Of a stretch of 64,000 nt of DNA, positions 8,310 through 17,458 are shown one piece after another. A model generated the notes under the pieces. That model made no database searches. It saw only the letters and a list, made by a program, of their open reading frames with translations, and was not told the origin of the DNA. Positions within the stretch are counted from its first letter, which is position 1. Every line of letters begins with the position of its first letter. The stretch covers positions 1,730,578 through 1,794,577 of the forward strand of contig OZ245002.1 of assembly GCA_965223415.1 (NCBI GenBank), written 5' to 3'. Made by a program: the position numbers and the translations under genes. Source of the DNA: Myxococcota bacterium (GTDB lineage Bacteria > Myxococcota_A > UBA9160 > UBA6930).

Positions 8310-8830
8310 AGCAGGTCGCCGTCGAGCGGGGTGGCGTGCTCCATGGCCAGGAGCTTCTTCTTCATGGGCAGGCCGCCCGCATAGCCGCCGAGCTTGCCGC
8401 CGGCGGCGACGACGCGGTGGCAGGGCACGACCAAGGAGATCGGGTTCGCGCCGTTGGCCGTGCCGACGGCCCGCACCGCCTGGGGCTGGCCGATGTCGCG
8501 CGCGATGTCCGTGTACGTGCGGGTCTCGCCGTACGGGACCCTTTGCAGCGCCTCGTAGACGAGGTGTTGGAAGGGCGTCGCGCGGAGATCGAGGGGCAGC
8601 TCGAACGCCCTGCGCTTGCCCGCCAGGTACTCGGTGATCTGCTGGATCGCCCGGCGATTCGGCTCCCAGGCGACGGCCGCCTCCGCCTCCGGCGCGTGGC
8701 GGCGGCGCCAGCCCTCCAGGCCGCGCCCGCCGGCCCGCGGCAGGTGGACGTAGGCCAGGCCCTGCTCGGTGGAGGCGCAGCGCATGACGCCGAAGCGGGT
8801 CTCGAACTCCGCGACGTGGAGCTTCTCCAT
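8306..8830 (-). CDS. ogt: Methylated-DNA--protein-cysteine methyltransferase
   Basis: The C-terminal part reads YTDIARDIGQPQAVRAVGTANGANPISLVVPCHRVVAAGGKLGGYAGG, which includes the PCHRV active-site motif. Confidence 0.9.
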   Translation of the reverse strand: MEKLHVAEFETRFGVMRCASTEQGLAYVHLPRAGGRGLEGWRRRHAPEAEAAVAWEPNRRAIQQITEYLAGKRRAFELPLDLRATPFQHLVYEALQRVPYGETRTYTDIARDIGQPQAVRAVGTANGANPISLVVPCHRVVAAGGKLGGYAGGLPMKKKLLAMEHATPLDGDLL

Positions 8831-8867
8831 CGGGGCGTCACAATAGCAGGGGAACCCGGGAGGAACC

Positions 8868-9851
8868 TTGCCCCATCTACTCGTTTCCGGCGGTGCCGGC
8901 TACATCGGCAGCCACACCCTGCGCGCGCTGCGCAAGGCCGGCCACACGGCGGTGGTGGTCGACGATCTGCGCAGCGGCCGGACCTCCGCGGTCGAGGATG
9001 CACCGCTGGTCCGCTGTGACATCGGCGACCGGGACGGGCTGGATCGCCTCCTCGCGCGCTACGGCCCCTTCGAGGGCGTGCTGCACTTCGCGGCCTCGAT
9101 CCAAGTCGGTGAGTCCGTGGCCGACCCGCTGGCGTACTACCGGAACAACGTTCTGGGAGCGACCCAGCTGATCGAGCGCTCCCTCCACCACGGCGCTCGC
9201 GCGTTCGTGCTCTCCTCCACCGCGGCCGTATACGGGCACCCGGAGCAGCAGCCGATCCCGGAGACCGCGCCTCTCGCGCCGATCAATCCCTACGGGGCCG
9301 GGAAGGCCATGGTCGAGCGGATCCTCGCCGACGTGGAGGCCGCCCACGGCTTGCGCTGGGCCGCCTTGCGCTACTTCAACGCCTGCGGCGCCGACCCGGG
9401 CGGCGGCATCGGCGAGTGCCACGAGCCGGAGACCCATCTGATCCCCCTGGCGCTGGAGGCCGCCGCCGGCCTGCGCCCGGCGCTCCAGCTGTTCGGCACC
9501 GACTACCCCACGCCGGACGGCACCTGCATTCGCGACTACGTCCACGTGACCGATCTCGCCACCGCCCACGTGGCGGCGATGGAGGGGCTCCTCAGCGGGG
9601 GCCCCGGCGGGGCCTTCAACCTCGGAAGCGGGACCGGGCTCAGCAACCGCGAGGTGCTGGAGGGCATCGGCCGGGTCCTGGGCCTCCCGGTTCCCGTCGA
9701 GGACGCGCCGCGGCGCCCGGGCGATCCGCCGATCCTCGTCGCCGACGCGACGCGCTTCCGCAACGCCTTCGGCTGGGCGCCGCGCCACTCGGATCTCGAC
9801 ACGATCGTGCGTACGGCGTGGGAGTGGCTGCGCATCTGGCGAGGGCTCTGA
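8868..9851 (+). CDS. galE: UDP-glucose 4-epimerase
   Basis: The TTG start at 8868 is preceded by GGGAGGAA. LLVSGGAGYIGSHTLRAL...SSTAAVYG...YGAGKAM...LRYFNACGADP...IRDYVHVTDLA shows the extended-SDR GalE pattern. Confidence 0.9.
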   Translation: MPHLLVSGGAGYIGSHTLRALRKAGHTAVVVDDLRSGRTSAVEDAPLVRCDIGDRDGLDRLLARYGPFEGVLHFAASIQVGESVADPLAYYRNNVLGATQLIERSLHHGARAFVLSSTAAVYGHPEQQPIPETAPLAPINPYGAGKAMVERILADVEAAHGLRWAALRYFNACGADPGGGIGECHEPETHLIPLALEAAAGLRPALQLFGTDYPTPDGTCIRDYVHVTDLATAHVAAMEGLLSGGPGGAFNLGSGTGLSNREVLEGIGRVLGLPVPVEDAPRRPGDPPILVADATRFRNAFGWAPRHSDLDTIVRTAWEWLRIWRGL

Positions 9852-9914
9852 CCGCGCGGAAAGTGCCCTGACCCGGCCCCCACCGTACACTCCGCGGGAG
9901 CGGTAGGGGGGACC

Positions 9915-11537
9915 GTGGGCTGGGACCTGGGGCTGCTGCTGTCGACCGGCCTCTGCGTCGGGATCGCGATCGACAGCCTGGCGCGCCCGCGGCGCCCGGG
10001 CCTGACGTCCGTGCTGCTCCTCGCCGTCTGCGGCGCCCTGTGGAGCGGGGGAGAGCTTCTGCTCCACCACGCGGGCTCGGCGGAGGAGATGCTGGCCCCT
10101 CGGCGCATCCTGTTCGCGGGCGTGTGCGCGCTGGGCCCGGTGCTGCTCTGGACGGCGGGGCACCTCCACGGCCCCAGCCTCCGAAGGCTATGCACCGGGA
10201 TCGCCGTCGCGGGCGGGATCCTCGAGCTCGGGCTCTACACATCCTTCTACGGCAGCGACCACGACCTCTTCATCTCCGGCGAACCGGCGAATCCCGCGCG
10301 CGGTCCACTCTTCTTCGTCCACGGCGCCACCCAGTGGGGATTGCTGTCGCTCGGTCTGCTGCTCTTCGCCGCGGCGGCGCAACGGGTTCGGACACGCCGG
10401 AGAGCGACAGGCTGGATCGTCGTCGCGGGAATCTGCTTGCCCCTCCTCGTGAACTGGCTCTACGTGGGCCTCGATCTCGCGCCGCGGGATCCGACTCCGC
10501 TGGCCATGGGCGTGACGGCGGCGACCCTGCGGTGGGGCGTGCTCGAGATGGTGGGTGCACCGTTCCTCGCGAGCCTCGCGCGCTCCGAGCTCCTCGACCA
10601 GCTCGACGCCGCCGTCCTGGTCGCAGACGGTCGTGGACGCGTCCTGGAGCTGAATCACACGGGACATGAGCTGCTCGGAGGGAGCGACCCGACCGGCGCG
10701 GAGCTGGGCTTCCTTCTCGAGCCCTTCGAGCGGGACCCGGGCTACGACGTGCGCCGCTTCCCGTTGGAGCGCCACGGGCTGCGGGTCGGCGAGGGCGTGA
10801 TCGTCACCGATCGGCGGCAGGCTCGAGAGGCGGAACGCCGCACGGACGTGGCGACCCGTCTCGAGGCGCTGGGCCTGCTCTCCCAGGGCCTCGCCCACGA
10901 GATCAACAATCCGCTCACCTCCGTGCTGGTGAGCACCGACTTCCTCGGCGAGCACGTCCGTCGCAGCGTCCGCGACCCCCACCGATGGGAGGAAATGGAG
11001 GCCCTGCTGGACACGATCGCCAGCGAGAGCATGCGCATCGCCGAGATCGTGCGACGGCTCGAGAAGCTCGCCGTCCTGCCTCCGAACGACGGAGCACCGG
11101 GTCGTGCGGACGTGTCCGCGGTCGCCCACCGCGTCGTGGGGCTCACACGCATCGGCAAGGACCGGCGGCGGATCCGGATGGAGCTGCCGAACCCGCCCGT
11201 CGAGGCCGCGATCCGGCCCGAGGAGCTCCTACAGGTGCTCCTGCAGCTGGTCTCGAACGCACTCGAGTCCGACGAGCGCGGGCACCCCGTCGAGGTGCAG
11301 GTCGACCCGGACGACGTCCAGGTCGTCGTCGAGGTTCAGGACCGGGGAACGGGCTTCGCCGACGTCGACCCATCGCGGATCTTCGACCCGTTCTACACGA
11401 CGAAGCGTCCCGATCGGGGCGTGGGCCTGGGCCTCTCGCTCTGCTGGGAGATCGCCCGGCAGAACGGCGGCCGGCTGGAGGCCCTCGCGCGAGAAGGCGG
11501 CGGCGCCCGCCTCCGCCTGACCCTCCCCCGAGCCTGA
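9915..11537 (+). CDS. Sensor histidine kinase with a polytopic N-terminal membrane domain
   Basis: GTG start. The N-terminal ~200 aa are hydrophobic. The H-box is LGLLSQGLAHEINNPLTSVL. The HATPase region reads VSNALES...VQDRGTGF...FYTTKRPDRGVGLGLSLC. Confidence 0.85.
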   Translation: MGWDLGLLLSTGLCVGIAIDSLARPRRPGLTSVLLLAVCGALWSGGELLLHHAGSAEEMLAPRRILFAGVCALGPVLLWTAGHLHGPSLRRLCTGIAVAGGILELGLYTSFYGSDHDLFISGEPANPARGPLFFVHGATQWGLLSLGLLLFAAAAQRVRTRRRATGWIVVAGICLPLLVNWLYVGLDLAPRDPTPLAMGVTAATLRWGVLEMVGAPFLASLARSELLDQLDAAVLVADGRGRVLELNHTGHELLGGSDPTGAELGFLLEPFERDPGYDVRRFPLERHGLRVGEGVIVTDRRQAREAERRTDVATRLEALGLLSQGLAHEINNPLTSVLVSTDFLGEHVRRSVRDPHRWEEMEALLDTIASESMRIAEIVRRLEKLAVLPPNDGAPGRADVSAVAHRVVGLTRIGKDRRRIRMELPNPPVEAAIRPEELLQVLLQLVSNALESDERGHPVEVQVDPDDVQVVVEVQDRGTGFADVDPSRIFDPFYTTKRPDRGVGLGLSLCWEIARQNGGRLEALAREGGGARLRLTLPRA

Positions 11538-11571
11538 ACGCAGCAGGGGGACGGCGCCTCCGTTGCGTTCA
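11535..11571. terminator. Palindromic junction element (TGAACGCA...TGCGTTCA) between convergent genes; a likely bidirectional terminator
   Basis: tgaacgca gcaggggg acgg cgcct ccgt tgcgttca. The outer 8-bp arms and an inner 4-bp stem are complementary. TGA at 11535-37 is the kinase stop, and comp. 11569-71 is the NtrC-type gene stop. Confidence 0.55.
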
Positions 11572-13050
11572 GTCCATCTCCAGGCGCTTCATCATCTTCT
11601 GGAGCGACTGGCGTGGGATGCCGAGGCGTTCGGCGGCGCGGGTCTTGCTGCCGGCGTCCTCGATCGCCTGGGCGATCATCTGGCGCTTGAGCGTGTCGAC
11701 GGCGCGGTTCAGGTCGCGCTCCTGCGGCAGCTGGATGCCGCCGCCTTCGGCTTGCGGCGCCGCCGCCCGCAGGTGCTCCGAGAGCATGCTCTCGGAGATC
11801 ATCTCCTCCTCGCCGGCGAGAGCCACCGCCCGCTGGATCTCGTTCTCCAGCTCGCGGACGTTGCCGCTCCAGGCGTGATTCGTGAGCCGGTCCATGGCGG
11901 CGTTGGTGAAGCCGGCCAGGTGGCGGCCCATGCGTTCGTTGGTGACGTCGAGGAAGTGATGGGCGAGGGTCGGGATGTCCTCCCGGCGCTCTCGCAGCGG
12001 AGGGAGCTCCACTTCGACCACCCGCAGCCGGTAGTACAGATCCTCGCGGAAGCGGCCCTCCTGCACCTCGGCGCGCAGGTCACGGTTGGTGGCTGCGATG
12101 ATGCGCACGTCCACCTTGCGGGTCTCCGACGAGCCGAGCGGGCGGATCTCGCCGTCCTGCAGCACGCGAAGCAGGCGCACCTGCATGCCCGGCTCGGTCT
12201 CGCCGATCTCGTCGAGGAAGATCGTGCCGCCGTCGGCCAGCTCGAAGAGGCCCTTCTTGTCCTGGTGCGCCCCGGTGAACGCGCCGCGCTTGTGTCCGAA
12301 GAGCTCGCTCTCGAGTAGGGTGTCCGGCAGCGCACCGCAGTTCTGGGCGACGAAGCGATGCTCCTTGCGGGCCCCGGCGTAGTGGATGGCGCGGGCCACC
12401 ATGTCCTTGCCGGTGCCGGTCTCACCGGAGAGGAGAACCGTCGCGTCGGTCTGGGCGACCTTCTCCATCACGTCGAAGACCCGCTGCATGGCCGGGCTCG
12501 CCCCGATGATCTGGTCGAAGGCGTACTGCCGCTCCACCTCGCGGCGCAGGTAGAGGTTCTCGGCGCGCAGCTGCTCGTTGGCGTGGGCCAGGGCCGCGGC
12601 GAGCTGGGTGTTCTCGGCGTTGAGCCGATAGGCCTCGAGGGCGCGCTTCACGTCGAGGCGCAGGTCGTCGGGCTCCCAGGGCTTCTGGATGTACCGATAG
12701 ATGCGGCCGTCGTTGATGGCACGGACGATGGAGCTGATGTCCGCATAGCCCGTGAGCATCATGCGGACGCAGGAGGGCCGGATGTCGACGACCCTCTCCA
12801 GGAACTCGACGCCGCTCATCTCCGGCATCACCTGGTCGACGATGACCAGATCGATCTCCTCGTCCCGCATGATGCGAAGGCCGTCCCGCCCATTGTCGAC
12901 GGCGAAGACGGTGTAGTCCTCGGAGAGGGTCAGCTCGAGGGACTCGAGGATCGCCACCTCGTCGTCGACGAGCAGCACCTGGAAGGGCTGCTCGTCCTCG
13001 CCGGCGCCCTGGCGGGCGCCCTCGATGCTGGTCGGGGGTTCCGGGACCAC
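11569..13050 (-). CDS. Sigma-54-dependent response regulator (NtrC family: receiver + AAA+ + Fis-type HTH)
   Basis: Receiver: [14 protein letters not shown]...[17 protein letters not shown]+: [19 protein letters not shown]...GAFTGA...[12 protein letters not shown]...[10 protein letters not shown] (includes the GAFTGA sigma-54 contact motif). The C-terminal HTH is [25 protein letters not shown] chose the GTG at comp. 13048-50; the ORF stays open up to 13173. Confidence 0.85.
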   Translation of the reverse strand: MVPEPPTSIEGARQGAGEDEQPFQVLLVDDEVAILESLELTLSEDYTVFAVDNGRDGLRIMRDEEIDLVIVDQVMPEMSGVEFLERVVDIRPSCVRMMLTGYADISSIVRAINDGRIYRYIQKPWEPDDLRLDVKRALEAYRLNAENTQLAAALAHANEQLRAENLYLRREVERQYAFDQIIGASPAMQRVFDVMEKVAQTDATVLLSGETGTGKDMVARAIHYAGARKEHRFVAQNCGALPDTLLESELFGHKRGAFTGAHQDKKGLFELADGGTIFLDEIGETEPGMQVRLLRVLQDGEIRPLGSSETRKVDVRIIAATNRDLRAEVQEGRFREDLYYRLRVVEVELPPLRERREDIPTLAHHFLDVTNERMGRHLAGFTNAAMDRLTNHAWSGNVRELENEIQRAVALAGEEEMISESMLSEHLRAAAPQAEGGGIQLPQERDLNRAVDTLKRQMIAQAIEDAGSKTRAAERLGIPRQSLQKMMKRLEMD

Positions 13051-13094
13051 TGCAGCGCACCCTAGCGGTCCGACCGGGGTGCAGCAAAACGCGG

Positions 13095-13169
13095 CACCCC
13101 GAAACGAAAACACCCCGAGGGGCGTTCCTTCACGCACGAAGGCGGCCGGCCCGAGGGCCGACCGCCTTC
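13095..13169 (-). terminator. Tandem intrinsic-terminator-like hairpins downstream of the histone-like gene
   Basis: On the minus strand, gaaggcggucggccc uc gggccggccgccuuc (13138-13169) forms a 15-bp stem with one G-U pair. It is followed by ccccucgggg (13113-13122) and then uguuuucguuu, a U-rich tail that is rare in this genome. Confidence 0.6.
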
Positions 13170-13191
13170 TCACGGCTGCCGGTGCCGGGTG

Positions 13192-13698
13192 CTAGCGCCG
13201 GCGGGCCGTCTTGCGTCGCGCGGTCTTCCGCGCCGTCTTGCGCCGAGCGGTCTTGCGAGCCGGCTTGCGGGCCGTCTTCTTCCGCGCGGTCTTCCTGCGG
13301 GTGGTCTTCTTCCGCGCCGTCTTCCGGGCGGTCTTCCGCTTGGGCGCCGCCTTGCGCCGGGCGGTCTTCTTGCGGGTCGTCTTCTTGCGCGCCGTCTTCC
13401 GCGCCGGCTTGCGGGCGGTCTTGCGGCGAGCCGTGGTCTTGCGCTTGGCCGTCTTCCGACGGGTCGGGCGCCCGCGCCGCGCCATCTTCGTGCGGGCCAC
13501 GTCGCCCTGCTTGTCGATGAAGTACAGGAAGCCGTCTTCCCGCTCGACGCCGACCTTCACGACCAGCTGCGGCTTGACCCGGGAGGGCTTGCCGCCACCC
13601 CGCGCCATCTTGGCCCGGCTCACGTGCCCCTTCTTGTCGAGGTAGTAGAGCCAGCCCTTCTCACGCTTGATTCCGGTCCTCGCGACCTTGGTGGCCAT
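13192..13698 (-). CDS. Chimeric basic DNA-binding-type protein: duplicated ~30-aa N-terminal module plus a histone H1/Hc2-like Lys/Arg/Thr/Ala repeat tail
   Basis: The ATG at comp. 13696-98 is preceded by AAGGAGG. The sequence is MATKVARTGIKREKGWLYYLDKKGHVSRAKMARGG...VKVGVEREDGFLYFIDKQGDVARTKMARRG, followed by 95 aa of (K/R)KTAR(K/R)-type repeats. Only the last 168 codons of ORF 13192..13827 are used. Confidence 0.75.
   Translation of the reverse strand: MATKVARTGIKREKGWLYYLDKKGHVSRAKMARGGGKPSRVKPQLVVKVGVEREDGFLYFIDKQGDVARTKMARRGRPTRRKTAKRKTTARRKTARKPARKTARKKTTRKKTARRKAAPKRKTARKTARKKTTRRKTARKKTARKPARKTARRKTARKTARRKTARRR
13195..13479 (-). repeat. Coding low-complexity repeat (KTARK/RKTAR units) of the histone-like tail
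   Basis: The DNA shows reiterated cgccgtcttgcg / gcgggtcttc-type 12-15-nt units. Translation gives RKTAKRKTTARRKTARKPARKTARKKTTRKKTARRKAAPKRKTARKTARKKTTRRKTARKKTARKPARKTARRKTARKTARRKTARRR. Confidence 0.8.
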
Positions 13699-13798
13699 GG
13701 ACCCCTCCTTGTTGGTGTGGTTCGGATGCCCGCCCGGGGAGAGCGGGGCTCTGGAGGAACCGCACCGCGGCAGGGGGAAGACCGGCGGTACACCGCAG

Positions 13799-13827
13799 AG
13801 GATCGGGAGCGCCACCGACGGTGTCAA
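13799..13827 (-). promoter_or_regulatory. Candidate sigma-70 promoter of the histone-like gene
   Basis: On the minus strand: TTGACA (comp. 13822-27), a 17-nt spacer, then GATCCT (comp. 13799-13804). This would give a leader of roughly 90-95 nt before the AAGGAGG RBS. The -35 is perfect and the -10 is weak. Confidence 0.45.
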
Positions 13828-13906
13828 TAGCGAAATCGAGGGTTTATCGACGGAGTTGCGAGTCGCCCGAGCCCCCCCCCCGGCGAGGGGGTCGGCCCGG
13901 ATGCGC

Positions 13907-14848
13907 CTACCGCGACTCCGCCAGCCGCTCCTCGACCCGCTCGATCACCGCCACCTCGTAGCGCGCCCCGTCCAGGGCGTTCATCTCCTGGATGCCCGTC
14001 GGGCTGGTGACGTTGATCTCGGTGAGCTTGCCGCCGATCACGTCGAGACCGACGAAGAACAGGCCGTCGCGCCGGATCCAGGGGGCGACCCGCTCGATGA
14101 TGGCGCGGTCCGTCGCGTCGAGGGCGCTCTTTCTGGCCTTGCCGCCGACGTGGAGGTTCGCCCGGATCTCGCCCTCCGGCGGCACGCGCAGCACGGCGCC
14201 GAGGGGCTCGCCCTCGAGCATCAGGATGCGCTTGTCGCCGGTGCGTACGTCGACCAAGAAGCGCTGGCCCATCACGCGGCGGGTACCGAAACGGGTGATC
14301 TGCTCGAGGATCGAGTGCAGGTTCGGATCGCTCCGCGAGACGCGGAAGATGCCCTCGCCGCCTCGGCCGTCCAGGGGCTTCACGATCATCTCGCCGCCGA
14401 GCGAATCCATGAATTCGAGCAGCCACGGGATCTCGTGGGTGACGAGGGTCTCGGCCATCAGGTCGGGGAAGTTCAGCGCGTAGAGCTTCTCGTTGGCCGC
14501 GAGGATGCCGGCCGGCCGGTTCAGCACGGTGGCCTTGCGGCACAGGCCCAGGATCTGGGTGGCGACGATGAACTCGTCGTCCACCGGTGGGTCCTTGCGC
14601 TGCCAGACCACGTCGAAAGCCTCGTCGAGGGCGACGTGCTCAGGCGCACCGGCGCGGAAGTGGTTGCCCCGCTCCCGCCGCATCGTGACGGGCCTCACGG
14701 TGGCGACGGCCCCCCGGGCGTCCACCCCCAGATCCGCCGGGTCGACGAAGGAGAGGCCGTGGCCCCGTTCCTGGGCGGCCAGCATCAGGGCGAAGGTGGT
14801 GTCGCCGTCGATGTCGATGGATTCCAGGGGATCCATCACGAAGGCCAT
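13907..14848 (-). CDS. gshB: Glutathione synthetase (ATP-grasp)
   Basis: MAFVMDPLESIDIDGDTTFALMLAAQERGHGLSFV...IVKPLDGRGGEGIF...GDKRILMLEGEPLGAV...NLHVGG...GLFFVGLDVIGGKLTEINVTSPTG closely follows the GshB N- and C-terminal patterns. The ORF stays open to 14869. Confidence 0.9.
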   Translation of the reverse strand: MAFVMDPLESIDIDGDTTFALMLAAQERGHGLSFVDPADLGVDARGAVATVRPVTMRRERGNHFRAGAPEHVALDEAFDVVWQRKDPPVDDEFIVATQILGLCRKATVLNRPAGILAANEKLYALNFPDLMAETLVTHEIPWLLEFMDSLGGEMIVKPLDGRGGEGIFRVSRSDPNLHSILEQITRFGTRRVMGQRFLVDVRTGDKRILMLEGEPLGAVLRVPPEGEIRANLHVGGKARKSALDATDRAIIERVAPWIRRDGLFFVGLDVIGGKLTEINVTSPTGIQEMNALDGARYEVAVIERVEERLAESR

Positions 14849-15020
14849 GCGCAGGGAGGATACAGCCACTCAGGAAGTCCTCAGCAAAGCAGGAGGGGAA
14901 CCCGAAACACGGGGAAGGGGTCTGGTTAGCGCAGGGCCTGCACCGTCGGCTACGGTGCGGTCCGAGATCCGGGGGGCCAAGGGCGTTGAGCCGCTTCCGC
15001 ATCCTGCCGACGGCCGGGCC

Positions 15021-17435
15021 GTGAGCCGGTTCCGCATCCTGCTCGCGGCCGTCGTGCTGCTGGGCGTCGCCGCCGGGGCCGCCGGCAGCGCCTTCTACCT
15101 GAAGTTCGTCCGCGATCTGCCGAGCTTCGAGACCCTGGCGGACTACCGCCCCCCGCTGACCAGCACGGTCGTCGATCGCCACGGCCAGCCCATCGGCGAG
15201 TTCTACGAGCACCGGCGCCAGCTGACGCCTCTGGAGGAGGTGCCGGGTGTCGTCATCGACGCCTTCCTGGCGGCGGAGGACGACACCTTCTTCGAGCACG
15301 ACGGCGTGGACTACGTGTCCATCCTGCGTGCGGCCTGGGCGAACCTGCGGGCCGGCGGCGAGACGGTGCAGGGCGCGAGCACCATCACCCAGCAGACCGT
15401 GAAGCAGCTGCTGCTGACGCCGGAGCAGACCTACGAGCGCAAGATCCGCGAGCTGATCCTGGCGCGGCGGATCGAGCAGCGCTTCAGCAAGGACGAGATC
15501 CTCTACCTCTACCTGAACCAGATCTACTTCGGCGCTGGTGCGTATGGCGTCGGCGAGGCGGCGCGCACCTACTTCGGCAAGGCGATCGGCGAGGTGGACG
15601 CGTCGGAGGCGGCGCTGCTGGCCGGGCTGCCGAAGGCCCCCGGGCGCAACTCGCCCTACCTGAACGCGGAGCGCGCCGAGGAGCGGCGGGTGTACGTGCT
15701 GCAGCGCATGCACGAGGAGGGCTTCCTCGACGCGGAGAGTTTCGGCGCGGCGCTCGCGAGCCCGCCGGCGCTGGCCAACCGTGAGCTGCCGGAAGCCTAC
15801 GAGGTGGCCTCCTACGTCACCGAGGACGTGCGACGGTCGCTGGTGGCGGCGCTGGGCAACGACGTGGTGCTGCGCGGTGGGCTGCGGATCGAGACGAGCG
15901 TCGATCTCGAGCTGCAGCGGGCGGCGGTGACCGCCGTGCAGACCGGTCTCGAGGCCCTCGATCGGCGGCGCGGCTACCGCGGGCCGCTCCGGCGCGTCGA
16001 GGATCCGGAGAACGCATGGACCGGGCTCGTCCCGGAAGAGGGAGAGGCGGACGCGCCCCGTCCGGATCGGCTGCAGGCGGTGGTGCTCGAGGTCGAGAAG
16101 GGACGCGCCCGGGTGGCCGTGGGGCCGGACCGGGAGGCGGAGCTTCGCCTGGAGGATCTCACCTGGGCGCGCCGGGAGGATGCACCGCGTCGCGAGGTGA
16201 AGGACCTGAACCGGGTGCTGGCCGTCGGCGACGTGGTGCCGGTGCGAATCGGCGAGGACGGCCAGGCCGTACTCGCCCAGCGTCCCCAGGCCCAGGGCGC
16301 GCTGCTCTCCTTCGACGTCGAGAGCGGTGACGTGCTCGCCATGGTCGGGGGCTACGACTTCGAGGACAGCGAGTTCAACCGTGCGACCCAGGCCAGCCGC
16401 CAGCCCGGCTCCGCCTTCAAGCCGATCGTCTACGCCGCCGCCCTCGGGCGGGGCTATACGCCGGCGTCGATGCTCTACGACCGGCCGGTCGTGATCGAGA
16501 GCGAGGGCTTCACCTGGCGTCCCGAGAACTACGGTCGCAAGTTCCTGGGCCCGATCCTGTTCGGCGAAGCGCTCGCCCGCTCGGTGAACAACGCCACGAT
16601 CCACCTGCTCCGGGACGTCGGCATCGACTACGTGATGGACTTCACGCGGCGGCTCGGGATCGAGGCGGAGCTCGAGCGCAACCTCGGGCTCGCCCTTGGA
16701 TCCAATCCGGTGACGCTACTCGAGCTCACGCGGGCCTACGGCGTGTTCGCGGCCGGCGGGCGCCGGGTGGAGCCGCGCCTGATCCACCGGGTGCTGGACC
16801 GGGACGGCGTGGTGCTGCTCGAGGCGGTGCCGCTGGCCCCGGTGCCGGAGGAAGACGAGGCACCGGAGGTGGCGGCCCGCCCGCCGGAGCCCCTGCGACC
16901 GGTGCTGCCGGAGCTCGCGGGCAGCGAAGGGGACGGGGCTCGGCCCGAGGACCAGCTCATTACGCCGCAGCACGCCTACCTGGCGAGCTCGGTGCTGCGT
17001 CTGGTGGTCGAGCATCCGCGGGGAACCGGGCGCCGGGCCGCGAGCCTCGGGCGTCCTCTGGCGGCGAAGACCGGCACGACCAATGATCAGGCCGACGCCT
17101 GGTTCGTCGGCTACTCGCCGGACGTGGCGACCGGTGTGTGGGTCGGCTTCGACGAGAAGCGGGTGCTAGGCCGCGGCGAGACCGGCAGCCGCGCCGCCGC
17201 GCCGATCTGGATCGAGTACATGGGCACCGCCCTGGCGGAGCGCCCCGTGCGCGACTTCCCCGTGCCCGAGGGCATCGTCTTCGCCCGCATCGACGGATCG
17301 AGCGGCCTGCTCGCCTCCAGCGCCAGCGAGCAGACCGTCTTCCAGGCCTTCGCCGAGGGCACCGAGCCGACCGAACGCGCCGACGCCGCCGTCACCGCCG
17401 CAAAGGAACGCCGCCGCCTGCAGCTCGACTTCTGA
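15021..17435 (+). CDS. mrcA: Penicillin-binding protein 1A (bifunctional glycosyltransferase/transpeptidase)
   Basis: TM segment: FRILLAAVVLLGVAAGAAGSAF. GT51 motifs: AFLAAEDDTFFEHDGVD, GASTITQQTVKQL, RKIRELILARRIE. Transpeptidase motifs: RQPGSAFKP, SVNN, KTGTTND. I chose the GTG at 15021; an alternative in-frame GTG lies at 14955. Confidence 0.9.
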   Translation: MSRFRILLAAVVLLGVAAGAAGSAFYLKFVRDLPSFETLADYRPPLTSTVVDRHGQPIGEFYEHRRQLTPLEEVPGVVIDAFLAAEDDTFFEHDGVDYVSILRAAWANLRAGGETVQGASTITQQTVKQLLLTPEQTYERKIRELILARRIEQRFSKDEILYLYLNQIYFGAGAYGVGEAARTYFGKAIGEVDASEAALLAGLPKAPGRNSPYLNAERAEERRVYVLQRMHEEGFLDAESFGAALASPPALANRELPEAYEVASYVTEDVRRSLVAALGNDVVLRGGLRIETSVDLELQRAAVTAVQTGLEALDRRRGYRGPLRRVEDPENAWTGLVPEEGEADAPRPDRLQAVVLEVEKGRARVAVGPDREAELRLEDLTWARREDAPRREVKDLNRVLAVGDVVPVRIGEDGQAVLAQRPQAQGALLSFDVESGDVLAMVGGYDFEDSEFNRATQASRQPGSAFKPIVYAAALGRGYTPASMLYDRPVVIESEGFTWRPENYGRKFLGPILFGEALARSVNNATIHLLRDVGIDYVMDFTRRLGIEAELERNLGLALGSNPVTLLELTRAYGVFAAGGRRVEPRLIHRVLDRDGVVLLEAVPLAPVPEEDEAPEVAARPPEPLRPVLPELAGSEGDGARPEDQLITPQHAYLASSVLRLVVEHPRGTGRRAASLGRPLAAKTGTTNDQADAWFVGYSPDVATGVWVGFDEKRVLGRGETGSRAAAPIWIEYMGTALAERPVRDFPVPEGIVFARIDGSSGLLASSASEQTVFQAFAEGTEPTERADAAVTAAKERRRLQLDF

Positions 17436-17458
17436 ACGCAACGCCCGGGTTGCGTTCA
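17433..17458. terminator. Palindromic junction element, TGAACGCAAC-gcccgg-GTTGCGTTCA
   Basis: Perfect 10-bp arms. The PBP1A stop is TGA at 17433-35 and the HAD gene stop is at comp. 17456-58, so both stops are the terminal triplets of the hairpin. Confidence 0.55.

Noticed and set aside
13195-13479. Highly repetitive DNA considered as a possible non-coding satellite.
   Set aside because: It is in-frame with a well-supported start and RBS, and it encodes a coherent KTAR-type basic tail. It was therefore called as a coding low-complexity repeat.
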